Under the pieces are notes generated by a model. It was not told the DNA's origin. It saw only the letters and a program-made list of their open reading frames with translations, and searched no databases. Positions 1-8,961 of a stretch of 32,000 nucleotides of DNA are shown here, piece after piece. Source of the DNA: Candidatus Arthromitus sp. SFB-mouse-Japan (GTDB taxonomy: Bacteria; Bacillota; Clostridia; Clostridiales; Clostridiaceae); assembly GCF_000270205.1 (NCBI RefSeq), contig NC_015913.1:60001-92000 (forward strand), given 5' to 3'. Numbering within the stretch: position 1 is the stretch's first letter; each line of letters starts with the position of its first letter. The position numbers and the translations under genes were made by a program.

Positions 1-993
1 ATATAATATATCATTGTAAATATAATTTTGTAATTTTTCCATTGTCTTGTTTCTATCGAAAGTCAGATACCAAATATCATTTATAATTTTACCACCATCA
101 TCATAATCTCCTTCAAAAGGAATACGAACTTGTTCAATTGTATATTTGTTTAAAAGTAAGTTTGCACCAATTGAAAGTATTTTATTTAATGATAAGCTAG
201 TTTCTATGGCATCTATGTTTTTTTCCAATAATTTTGATAGTTTTAATGGTGAAATTGATTGGGCTTTCTCTATCATTGCCATTATTACTTTTCTTTGTCT
301 TTCTGTTCTCTCAAAGTCTCCGTCTCCAGCAGTTCTTATGCGGGCATATGAAAGCGCCTGTATTCCAGAAAGTATTTGAAGACCTTCTTCCTTTATTACA
401 TGTTCTCCAGAGATATTTAATAAATATTGATTTTCCTTTATGTATTGATTTAAGTTATCTATTTCATATTTTTTTATATCTAATTCAATTCCACCTAGGT
501 CATCTATAATATTAGGTAAACTGAAAAAATCCACTGAGATGTAATCTTCAACATTTATATTAAATGTATCATTAAGTGTTTTGAGAGACAATGAGGGTCC
601 TCCATAAAAATAGGCATGATTCAATTTGTCTTTTCCAACATCATCTATATTTACATAAAGATCTCTCATTACAGATATAAGTTTAATTTTTTTTCTTGAG
701 GTGTCAATTGTAATAAGCATTATTGCATCAGATCTTGGTATTTCATCTTTTGATCTTCTATCTAATCCGAATAAAGCAAGAGTTATAATTTTATTGTTTA
801 GAAATTCTGAATCCATTATTGTATCATCTAGTCCTATAGAACTCTTATCTAGTTGAGTTTCAGGAGCAATTTTTGATAAAAGTTTTAAGCTTTTGCCTGT
901 AAAGAATCCACCTATGAATAAAATAATAATAATAAGTACATATGTCGATAGCCTAATTATTTTTTTGGTATCTTTTGGAATATTATTGAACAT
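1..993 (-). CDS. LytR-CpsA-Psr (LCP) family glycopolymer-peptidoglycan ligase; C-terminal end cut by the window edge
   Basis: Absent from the ORF track because it has no stop in the window. Reverse-strand ATG at 993-991 is preceded by AGAGGT. My hand translation is open for 331 codons down to position 1: MFNNIPKDTKKIIRLSTYVLIIIILFIGG (TM helix) ...ITLALFGLDRRSKDEIPRSDAIMLITIDTSRKKIKLISVMRDLYVNI..GKDKLNHAYFYGG... This is a typical LCP core and is colinear with the paralog at 6931-7920. Confidence 0.85.
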   Translation of the reverse strand, partial: MFNNIPKDTKKIIRLSTYVLIIIILFIGGFFTGKSLKLLSKIAPETQLDKSSIGLDDTIMDSEFLNNKIITLALFGLDRRSKDEIPRSDAIMLITIDTSRKKIKLISVMRDLYVNIDDVGKDKLNHAYFYGGPSLSLKTLNDTFNINVEDYISVDFFSLPNIIDDLGGIELDIKKYEIDNLNQYIKENQYLLNISGEHVIKEEGLQILSGIQALSYARIRTAGDGDFERTERQRKVIMAMIEKAQSISPLKLSKLLEKNIDAIETSLSLNKILSIGANLLLNKYTIEQVRIPFEGDYDDGGKIINDIWYLTFDRNKTMEKLQNYIYNDILY

Positions 994-1069
994 TTGACTT
1001 ACCTCTAATAATCAATTAATTGTTAAAGTATATCATAAATATAGCATAAATAAAACTTATTTATATAAT

Positions 1070-2122
1070 TCATATACCTAATATAAATTTTTTCAATATA
1101 TTGGATTTTCTAAGGATAAATTTACTTACAATAATAGGAGAAAATCCTATTAAGAATGATATTATAACTACAAGGTTATAATTTAAATTTAATAATTGGA
1201 GTAATAGTATTCTTGTGAATATTTGTGGAAACCAAGATAATAAATAGATATCAAAACTATACTTATTTAGAGTATCAAATGTATTTGATACTAGCTTAAT
1301 ATGTCTAAATTTATAGAGTAATATACATATTATAAAAGATACATATATTCCCAATAGGCTCTTTAAAATAAATAAAATATTTGTTAAATATTTATAAAAT
1401 ACATTTAATGAATTGTAATCAATGTTAAAATTCAATAAGAATAAGATAAGTGGTATTAGTATAAATAGTATATTTCTATATTGTTTTAGATTAATATTTA
1501 AAATTTTATTTCTATAATTCATGTATACTGGATATATGTAGAGTCCTATAAAGAAGAATATATAATATTTTAATATGGTAGATATAGCCAAAAACTCTAT
1601 GTTATCTATAGTTAAGATTGACATAGCAAGTAGTATTGTTAGCACTAAATATTTATTTATTTTTATTAATACTGGGGCAAATAGAAACATAAAGAATAGT
1701 ACATATATGAACCAAAAAAATATTATAGGGTTATTCCAAGGGAAAAATAGTATATCTTTTATAGTTTCAGAGAGTACTAAAGGTCTTTCTGAAAATTTAT
1801 TTAAAATGAGTTTTATAGGTATAGTTAATGTACTTATTATAAAATAAGGTATTAGTAGTTTTTTAAATTTAGATAAAATAAATGATTTAAAATCTTTTAA
1901 GGATTTTATTTTAAAAAGTTTATTTGCAAAAAAACCAGAGATCATAAAAAATAATGGCATATGAAATGAATAAATAAGAGAATGAATATAGTTATATATT
2001 GGTGTATTTATGTCTTTTATGTATGGAAATGAGTGGCCAAGTACAACTAAGAATATACCAAATCCTCTTAAATAACTGAATTCAATAAGAGTTATATTTG
2101 ATTGTTGTTTTTTCGATATCAT
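1070..2122 (-). CDS. Acyltransferase-3 (AT3) family integral membrane O-acyltransferase
   Basis: 350 aa and polytopic. The N-terminal FSYLRGFGIFLVVLGHS motif (conserved His) is typical of AT3/OatA-like sugar O-acyltransferases. No SGNH domain. Same strand as, and 76 nt upstream of, LCP gene 993-1. Confidence 0.8.
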   Translation of the reverse strand: MISKKQQSNITLIEFSYLRGFGIFLVVLGHSFPYIKDINTPIYNYIHSLIYSFHMPLFFMISGFFANKLFKIKSLKDFKSFILSKFKKLLIPYFIISTLTIPIKLILNKFSERPLVLSETIKDILFFPWNNPIIFFWFIYVLFFMFLFAPVLIKINKYLVLTILLAMSILTIDNIEFLAISTILKYYIFFFIGLYIYPVYMNYRNKILNINLKQYRNILFILIPLILFLLNFNIDYNSLNVFYKYLTNILFILKSLLGIYVSFIICILLYKFRHIKLVSNTFDTLNKYSFDIYLLSWFPQIFTRILLLQLLNLNYNLVVIISFLIGFSPIIVSKFILRKSNILKKFILGI

Positions 2123-2290
2123 TCAAATGTCTCCTTAAGTATAGTTGAGTTAAACATGATATTTATTTTAAACTAATTACTATACTTTTACATAAAATAA
2201 TAAAAAATATCAACATTTTTATGAAATATATTTTATTTTTTATTATAATAGAGAATACTAGGATTAAATGGAAAAAATAGGAGTGAATTT

Positions 2291-3406
2291 ATGAATATTG
2301 CTTTAGTGCATGATTGGTTACCGTTTATGGGAGGGGCTGAAAGAGTTATCACAAATTTCTTAGAAGTATTCGAAGACGCTCCGATATATACTAGTGTTTA
2401 TAATAGAGATAATTTAGAAGGTATACTTAAGGATGCGAATATATATGGATCTTTTCTTCAAAATTTAAAATCTGCACGAAGAGATCATAGAAAATTTTTG
2501 CCATTAATGCCAACAGCATTTGAAACATTTGATTTAAACAAGTATGATGTTGTATTAAGTAGTAGTTCTTCGTGTGCTAAAGGGGTTGTAACTAATCCAA
2601 ATACTTGTCATATATGTTATTGTCATTCGCCTATGAGGTATGGATGGGAATTTTATTATGAGTATATAGAAAATTTAGGTAAATTTAAAAAAAGTATTAT
2701 AAAATACATAATGAATTACATGAGGATTTGGGATAATGCTTCATCTAATAGAGTGGATTATTTTATTGCCAATTCTAAAAATGTGGCGAATAGAATTTGG
2801 AAACACTATAGAAGAGAGAGTGTTGTCATACATCCACCTGTAAGGAGTAAATTTTTCAAAGCGTGTGAAAAAAAACAAGATTATTTTTTAATAGTATCTA
2901 GACTACAGGAATATAAGAGGGTAGATCTAGCCATTGAAGTTTTTAATGATCTCAATATACCTTTGGTAATTATAGGTGATGGACCATTGAAAGAGAAACT
3001 AGTTAATAAAGTTAAACGAGATAATATAAAATTTCTTGGAAGGCAGCCAGATGATGTCGTGAAAAAATATTATGGAGAGGCTAGGGGTTTTTTATTTCCA
3101 GGTGAGGAAGATTTTGGTATAACATCATTAGAGGCACAATGCAGTGGTACTCCAGTTATAGCATATGGCAAAGGAGGAGCCTTAGAGACTATTATTGATG
3201 AAAAAACAGGCTTGTTTTTTGAAGACCACACGGTAAATTCTTTAAAATCAGCTATAGATAAGTTTTGTAAAATAGAATTTAATCCTAATGAAATAAGAGC
3301 TCATGCTGAAAGTTTTGATGAAGATATTTTTAAACATAAGATAAGTAATTTTGTATATGATAAGGTAGACGAATTTAAGAATAATAAAAAATGGGTAGTT
3401 CTATAA
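2291..3406 (+). CDS. Glycosyltransferase family 4 (GT-B fold)
   Basis: 371 aa. N-terminal MNIALVHDWLPFMGGAERV and a C-terminal E-x7-E region (PGEEDFGITSLEAQCSGTPVIAYGKGGALETI). AGGAG RBS upstream. Confidence 0.85.
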   Translation: MNIALVHDWLPFMGGAERVITNFLEVFEDAPIYTSVYNRDNLEGILKDANIYGSFLQNLKSARRDHRKFLPLMPTAFETFDLNKYDVVLSSSSSCAKGVVTNPNTCHICYCHSPMRYGWEFYYEYIENLGKFKKSIIKYIMNYMRIWDNASSNRVDYFIANSKNVANRIWKHYRRESVVIHPPVRSKFFKACEKKQDYFLIVSRLQEYKRVDLAIEVFNDLNIPLVIIGDGPLKEKLVNKVKRDNIKFLGRQPDDVVKKYYGEARGFLFPGEEDFGITSLEAQCSGTPVIAYGKGGALETIIDEKTGLFFEDHTVNSLKSAIDKFCKIEFNPNEIRAHAESFDEDIFKHKISNFVYDKVDEFKNNKKWVVL

Positions 3407-3434
3407 AAATATACATTAATTTGGGAGACGACGT

Positions 3435-4544
3435 ATGATTTTATTTAATGCACTTCAAAAGTCTATTAGCGCAGGTATTGGTAGATATAGTTTTGAATTA
3501 TCTAAAGAGTTATATTTTCAATTGAAAGATGATATTAAAATTATAGTAAGAGAAGAGGATATTAAAGATTATGAGTTTGTTAATTCTAAATCTTTGATAA
3601 TATTTAAGAATATAAAAAATTCTAAGGATAGAAATTTGTTTGAGCAAGTATATATACCTAAGCTTATTTCTGAGAAATATAGGGGTAGCATATTACATTA
3701 TCCGGATAGTATGTCGCCTTTATTTTTGAATAGTAAAAAAATAGTTATAACAGTACATGACTTAGCTTTTAAATCATTAACTGGAGTTTTTACAAAGAAA
3801 ACTTTAATTTGGAAGAATATGATGACTAATTTATCAGTTAAAAAGGCTAATAAAATTATATCAATAACTAATTTTACAAAGAATGAATTGCTTAGATATT
3901 ATAAAGGTATAGAGAAAAAGGTAAATGTTGTGTACAATGGATTTAATAATTTGAGTAATAGTAGCATATGTGATAAAAATATTTCTGATAAAATATCAAA
4001 ATTACTTGTATGTAGATATATCTTAACGGTTAGCACAATTTCTCCGCGAAAGAACATAGATACACTTATTAAGGCTTTTAATGAAATAGATAACAAAGAA
4101 AATATTAAGTTAGTTATTGCTGGGAGTAATGGATGGATGTATGAATCTATTCATTACTTGGTTTGTGATTTGAATCTTTCTGATAGAATCGTTTTTACTG
4201 GAAAAGTAAATGATGATGAGTTGAAGTTTTTGTATAAAAATGCTAGTGTGTTTGTTTATCCTTCTCTTTATGAAGGATTTGGATTACCACCACTTGAAGC
4301 TATGAGTTATGGTGTAAGAACTATTGTTTCTGATGTAACATGTCTTAAAGAAGTTCTAGGTGACTCTTCTGAGTATTTTCCACCGAAAGATTATAAATAT
4401 CTCTCAAGTATATTAAATGGAATTTTTAAATCAAATAATCAAAATGAATCTTATGATTATAATTATACGTTAAATAAATATTCATGGAGAAAATGTGCAA
4501 ATGAGACAATTAAGATATATAATGAGATTATGAAGGGAGTTTAA
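3435..4544 (+). CDS. Glycosyltransferase family 4, mannosyltransferase-like
   Basis: 369 aa. GIGRYSFELSKEL N-terminus and YPSLYEGFGLPPLEAMSYGVRTIVSD (E-x7-E), as in RfbU/WbdA-type GT4 enzymes. GGGAGA RBS. Confidence 0.85.
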   Translation: MILFNALQKSISAGIGRYSFELSKELYFQLKDDIKIIVREEDIKDYEFVNSKSLIIFKNIKNSKDRNLFEQVYIPKLISEKYRGSILHYPDSMSPLFLNSKKIVITVHDLAFKSLTGVFTKKTLIWKNMMTNLSVKKANKIISITNFTKNELLRYYKGIEKKVNVVYNGFNNLSNSSICDKNISDKISKLLVCRYILTVSTISPRKNIDTLIKAFNEIDNKENIKLVIAGSNGWMYESIHYLVCDLNLSDRIVFTGKVNDDELKFLYKNASVFVYPSLYEGFGLPPLEAMSYGVRTIVSDVTCLKEVLGDSSEYFPPKDYKYLSSILNGIFKSNNQNESYDYNYTLNKYSWRKCANETIKIYNEIMKGV

Positions 4545-4545
4545 A

Positions 4546-5943
4546 ATGTATTTTACGTTTATAGGAATAGTTGTTTTAATTATTACGGTATGTTTGTTTT
4601 TATTCACAAGAACTAGAACACTCTTCTATTTTACTTTTTTTATATCAGCTTTTACAGCAACTAGTATGATAAATTTTCCTAAATCAAGAAATTCTGTGCT
4701 TTGTTATTATATAGTTGGAAGTTTTTTAATTTTAAAGGTTATATATGAATTGGTAATACGCAGATACACCTTAAAAAAGATAAAGATATTAAATGGATTA
4801 TTCTATTTTATGGTATATGTTACTATATCACTTATTTTACCAATTGTTTATTCAAATAATACATTAGTATTTACACCGGATTCTCCATTTACATATATTT
4901 CATTTTCTTCTCAAAATATAACCCAATATATATATTTATTATTTGCATTTATAATATATTTAGCAAGTTATATAGTATTTACAAATGAAATTAAGGTTGA
5001 TATTAAAAAAATGATTAACGTAACATCTTTTGCAGTAATTATTTTAGGATTTTTACAATTTTTTATGAATCATATATATTTTGATTTAATATTTAGAACA
5101 AATTACTCTCATTTAGTGCAGTATTTGGAAACTGGACTTACAAGGATTTCTTCTGTTACAAATGAGCCGTCCATGTTAGCACTTTTTGTAACTCCAATAA
5201 GTGTGTATTATTTTATAAATATAATAAATGGTTTTAAAAAGAAAAATTTACATAAGTTTGATATAGTTATATTTGTTATGATTATAATTACATCTTTGTT
5301 AAATAGATCTTCAAGTTTTTATTTAGCAATAGCTATAATATTTATAGTGTTAATCATTGATTTTTTAAGAGAAATTTTTAATAAGAAAAATAAGGAATTT
5401 ATACAAGCTTTTATAATGGATAAAGTGTATAAATTTATTAAGGAAAATAGGATTAAGAGTACAATAATAACTATAATTTTATTAGCTATTTTTTTGATTT
5501 TACTTAAGATAGTTGGACATAGATTTTTGATTTTGGGACTTAAACTATTGGGTCTTGATGATTCAGGTAGTACGAGAATGGAATTATTTTCATATCATAT
5601 GGGTATTTTTCTTAAAAATTTATTTACAGGTGTTGGTTTTGGAACATTGCGTTCGAATGATTTATTGTCTATGTGGTGTGCTCAAGTTGGATTAATAGGA
5701 ATAGTTCCTATTATATATTATTTTACTTCAAGATTTGTATATTTGTTTAAGACTAGGAATGATGGAGATAATAGATCAGTTTTCTATCTAATATTAACTA
5801 GTGTAATAATTCTTGTAACATCTGTACCTGAACCATATTTTATTTATGTGTGGATATATATAGCACTAGGAGAGGCTTTGTATAATAAGAGAGAAATTTC
5901 TAATAAAACTATAGATAAGTTAAATCAAGAATTTAATAGTTAA
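4546..5943 (+). CDS. wzy: O-antigen polymerase/ligase-like (Wzy-type) polytopic membrane protein
   Basis: 465 aa with about 10-12 hydrophobic helices. The segment LNRSSSFYLAIAIIFIVL resembles the Wzy_C/O-antigen ligase core. The start lies 1 nt after the GT4 stop, with AAGGGAG upstream. Confidence 0.65.
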   Translation: MYFTFIGIVVLIITVCLFLFTRTRTLFYFTFFISAFTATSMINFPKSRNSVLCYYIVGSFLILKVIYELVIRRYTLKKIKILNGLFYFMVYVTISLILPIVYSNNTLVFTPDSPFTYISFSSQNITQYIYLLFAFIIYLASYIVFTNEIKVDIKKMINVTSFAVIILGFLQFFMNHIYFDLIFRTNYSHLVQYLETGLTRISSVTNEPSMLALFVTPISVYYFINIINGFKKKNLHKFDIVIFVMIIITSLLNRSSSFYLAIAIIFIVLIIDFLREIFNKKNKEFIQAFIMDKVYKFIKENRIKSTIITIILLAIFLILLKIVGHRFLILGLKLLGLDDSGSTRMELFSYHMGIFLKNLFTGVGFGTLRSNDLLSMWCAQVGLIGIVPIIYYFTSRFVYLFKTRNDGDNRSVFYLILTSVIILVTSVPEPYFIYVWIYIALGEALYNKREISNKTIDKLNQEFNS

Positions 5944-5978
5944 AAATAGAAGTGAGTAGATCTCATTTCTATTTTTTT
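5942..5978. terminator. Bidirectional intrinsic terminator between convergent wzy (+) and the cohesin/DUF4214 gene (-)
   Basis: AAAATAGAAGTGAG / CTCATTTCTATTTT forms a roughly 14-bp stem with one G-T wobble and a short loop. It is flanked by an A-run on the left and a T-run on the right. Confidence 0.55.
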
Positions 5979-5980
5979 AT

Positions 5981-6910
5981 TTAAAAATCTAAATTTAACT
6001 TATTAGCTCTTTCTGATAATTCTGCTTCATTGCATATTCTAAGTATAATTTGAGATTTGGCAGTTTTAGGATCCATTTTATTTTGATAACTCATAAGCAT
6101 ATTTAACCAATAATTATAACCAGTTTGATCGGGCTTTCTATTGGCTATTATAGAGTACATAGATGTTATGAATTCCTGATTAGATAAATTTTTATCTATA
6201 AATTCTTTTTCGTTTAAAATATTTAAAATAAAATTGCGTACTGAATATTCATATGAAATGAGTTTATTATACCAATAATTGAATCCATATTCTTCAGGCA
6301 TTCTTGAAAATGTGTTTTTGTATACATCTGATATAAAAATTTTAATATTGTCATCACTATTAAATTCTTTAGTTTGTATATAAGATATAGTGTTTTCAAA
6401 ATCAATTTTATTTAATAGATTATCAACCATAATAGTTCTTATATTTGGTGATCCAATAAATAGTTCATCATTTGTATTTATTATTTGTAGAGGAATTTTA
6501 CATTCTCTAAGTAATTTCGCTTTTATTTTAATTAATTCACATTTTCCTTCGATATTTTTACTGCTATTTATGCCGACAAATGTCTCGAAAAATTTTATTA
6601 TTTTAGTATTATTATCGATATTTTTATAGTTACCTCCAAATTCTATTTCATCATTTTTTAGGCACTCTCCAGGTTCTATATATAATATTTCCATTATATT
6701 TGGATTGAATTTTAATTCAAATGTAATGGTGTACAATGATGATATATTCTCTGAGTTTAAGTAAATGTAGAATTCTTTATTTGTATCTATGGTACTAATA
6801 TTGGTTGTTAATGTTAAAATATTTTTAGATGTCATTGCACTAGTTTTTACGCAGCTTAGGAGTAACAGTGAGATTGTTACGAAAAAATTTCTACATATTT
6901 TCAAAATCAT
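5981..6910 (-). CDS. Secreted (possibly lipid-anchored) protein with an N-terminal cohesin-like module and two C-terminal DUF4214-like repeats
   Basis: 309 aa. Signal peptide MILKICRNFFVTISLLLLSC with a possible lipobox. FELKFNPNIMEILYIEPGECL and KIIKFFETF/ELIKIKAKL resemble cohesin beta-strands. FISDVYKNTFSRMPEEYGFNYWYNKL and FITSMYSIIANRKPDQTGYNYWLNML are DUF4214-type repeats. Confidence 0.55.
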   Translation of the reverse strand: MILKICRNFFVTISLLLLSCVKTSAMTSKNILTLTTNISTIDTNKEFYIYLNSENISSLYTITFELKFNPNIMEILYIEPGECLKNDEIEFGGNYKNIDNNTKIIKFFETFVGINSSKNIEGKCELIKIKAKLLRECKIPLQIINTNDELFIGSPNIRTIMVDNLLNKIDFENTISYIQTKEFNSDDNIKIFISDVYKNTFSRMPEEYGFNYWYNKLISYEYSVRNFILNILNEKEFIDKNLSNQEFITSMYSIIANRKPDQTGYNYWLNMLMSYQNKMDPKTAKSQIILRICNEAELSERANKLNLDF

Positions 6911-6930
6911 CCCAACCTTTTAAAAAATAT

Positions 6931-7920
6931 TTACTTACAATTAGATTTTTGTGAATCACCATATGGGTGTATATCTTCAAATATATATTTTTGCATTATA
7001 TCTTGGGTTTTTTCTTTATTGTATTTTAGGTACCAAATATTATTAATTAGTTCACCATTACAATCCCCATCTAGGGGAAAACGCATTTGTTCAATATTAT
7101 TAATTTTATTGAATATTATATTTTTAGCTAATGAAATTGCTTTTGTTGTTGTTATATTGGTTTCTATTAGTTCTGATGCTATATTGATGAATTTAAAGTA
7201 ATCATTGTAAGGTATGCTCTTAGCTTTTTCGTATAATGCCATGAGTATTTTTTGTTGTCGTTCATTTCTTTCGTAATCATCTCTTCCTATTTTTCTAATT
7301 CTTGCGTAAGAAAGAGTTTGTATACCATTTAATGTTTGAAGACCTTCATTTGTTATGTAAGTGGGTTCCTTAGATTGAATATGACTTATTTCTTGTATAC
7401 ATTTATTTAAATAAGGTATTTCCTTAGATTTGATATCTATAGGTACTCCTCCAATTAAATCTATTATTTTCTGTACATTATAAAAATTAATTGTTATGTA
7501 ATCCTTTATGTTTAATCCATAATTTTTGTTTAATGTTTTAATGGCAAGTTCATGTCCACCGAAAGCATATGCATGGTTTAATTTATCATTTCCAAATCCA
7601 TCAATTGATACCAATGAATCCCTCATTATAGAATTTAATTTTATTTTTTTGTTTTGTTCATCTATTGTTATTATCGTTATGGAGTCGGATCTTTTAGGTT
7701 CATGTTCATATCTAAAATCTAGTCCAAATAGGGCTATATTAGTAATTTTTTTATCACTAAATTTATTTATAATACTTTCTTCTATTCCTAGAATATCATT
7801 TTGTAATGAAATAACATTTTCTTTTTTTAGGAAGGTATCTTCATAAAAATAGTTAAAGTAGCCTATAAAACCTAGTAAAACTATGAAAATTAATAATATT
7901 TTATATTTTAAGCTGTACAT
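6931..7920 (-). CDS. LytR-CpsA-Psr (LCP) family glycopolymer-peptidoglycan ligase
   Basis: 329 aa. N-terminal TM helix, then ITNIALFGLDFRYEHEPKRSDSITIITIDEQNKKIKLNSIMRDSLVSI..GNDKLNHAYAFGG..LSYARIR. GGGGTG RBS on the minus strand. Confidence 0.9.
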   Translation of the reverse strand: MYSLKYKILLIFIVLLGFIGYFNYFYEDTFLKKENVISLQNDILGIEESIINKFSDKKITNIALFGLDFRYEHEPKRSDSITIITIDEQNKKIKLNSIMRDSLVSIDGFGNDKLNHAYAFGGHELAIKTLNKNYGLNIKDYITINFYNVQKIIDLIGGVPIDIKSKEIPYLNKCIQEISHIQSKEPTYITNEGLQTLNGIQTLSYARIRKIGRDDYERNERQQKILMALYEKAKSIPYNDYFKFINIASELIETNITTTKAISLAKNIIFNKINNIEQMRFPLDGDCNGELINNIWYLKYNKEKTQDIMQKYIFEDIHPYGDSQKSNCK

Positions 7921-8029
7921 ATTAACACCCCATAATTATTTATATGAGAAATATTATGTTCAATAAATTTTATAATATAAATAAATATTATTATTAATAG
8001 TTATATAAAAATTAAAATTTTATCTATTG

Positions 8030-8038
8030 TGATATAAT
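8030..8038 (+). promoter_or_regulatory. Candidate extended -10 element (TGATATAAT) upstream of the yihY-to-ssb gene run
   Basis: Exact TGnTATAAT match 26 nt upstream of the GTG at 8064. No convincing -35 (AATTAA at 17-nt spacing). Such matches arise easily in AT-rich DNA. Confidence 0.3.
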
Positions 8039-8063
8039 AAATATTTGTTATACATTTATAGAA

Positions 8064-8954
8064 GTGGGTGAAATCTTGAAAAAATTATTTAAAAAGATCA
8101 TATTTTTTATATGTATTTTGATAAAAAAGATGGATGATGATGAATTGATAGCTCTTTCTGCACAATTGTCATATAGTTTTGTATTAGCTTTTTTTCCATT
8201 TTTAATTTTTTTAATGACAGTAATAGGTTTTTTAAGATTAGATAGTCAACAAGTTTTGATATTTTTGCAAACACTTCTACCTGATGAAATTTATCTTTTA
8301 GTTCATAATATTGTAAAGTTTGTAATTGACTCTAGAGAGGGGTCATTATTGTCTTTGAGCTTATTTTTGAGTATATGGTCTAGTTCAGCAGGTTTTAGAG
8401 CAGTTATGAGAGGGCTTAATAAAGCCTATGATGTGGTTGATACAAGAAACTATATCGTAAAGATAATACTTTCTATTTTGTATACTATAGGACTTGTTTT
8501 GTTAATTGTATTAATGTTAATACTTGTTGTGTTTGGTGGTATAATTGGGGATTTGTTTGTCAAATTTTTTGTAGACTATGTGGATGTGAATATAGTATTG
8601 AAATCATGGTATTTAATTAGGTATACATTTATAATAACATTGATGGTTACAGTTTTTGCTGTGATATATTATTATGTTCCAGTTGTTAGAGATAAGAAAC
8701 TTAGATGGGTATTACCCGGAGCTGTATTTACAACAATAGGGTGGATACTTATATCTATGGGATTTACGTATTATGTAAACAATTTATCTAATTTTTCGAC
8801 GCTTTATGGTAGTATTGGAACAGTTATTGTGTTAATGATATGGCTTTTTTTAACATCGATGATAATACTATTGGGTGGAGAGATAAATGCTATATTGACT
8901 AATAAAAATTTGGAAATATTAAAGTTTAACAATACAAAAAAGATTTTAAATTAG
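8064..8954 (+). CDS. YihY/BrkB family integral membrane protein
   Basis: 296 aa. LSAQLSYSFVLAFFPFLIFLMTV, SSAGFRAVMRGLNKAY and a C-terminal GSIGTVIVLMIWLFLTSMIILLGGEINA are the family hallmarks. Start uncertain: GTG 8064, or TTG 8076. Confidence 0.8.
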   Translation: MGEILKKLFKKIIFFICILIKKMDDDELIALSAQLSYSFVLAFFPFLIFLMTVIGFLRLDSQQVLIFLQTLLPDEIYLLVHNIVKFVIDSREGSLLSLSLFLSIWSSSAGFRAVMRGLNKAYDVVDTRNYIVKIILSILYTIGLVLLIVLMLILVVFGGIIGDLFVKFFVDYVDVNIVLKSWYLIRYTFIITLMVTVFAVIYYYVPVVRDKKLRWVLPGAVFTTIGWILISMGFTYYVNNLSNFSTLYGSIGTVIVLMIWLFLTSMIILLGGEINAILTNKNLEILKFNNTKKILN

Positions 8955-8961
8955 TATAGGG

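Noticed and set aside
146-509. Plus-strand ORFs 146-379 and 234-509 from the ORF track
   Set aside because: Both lie wholly inside the minus-strand LCP gene (1-993), which has a clear family signature. Their products are low-complexity Phe/Leu/Ser-rich, as expected for antisense frames of AT-rich coding DNA.
2123-2290. Divergent promoter region between the AT3 acyltransferase and the first GT4 gene (TATAAT at 2244-2249)
   Set aside because: A -10 hexamer is present, but no acceptable -35 or TG extension accompanies it. TATAAT-like strings are abundant in this composition, so the support is too weak to list as a feature.
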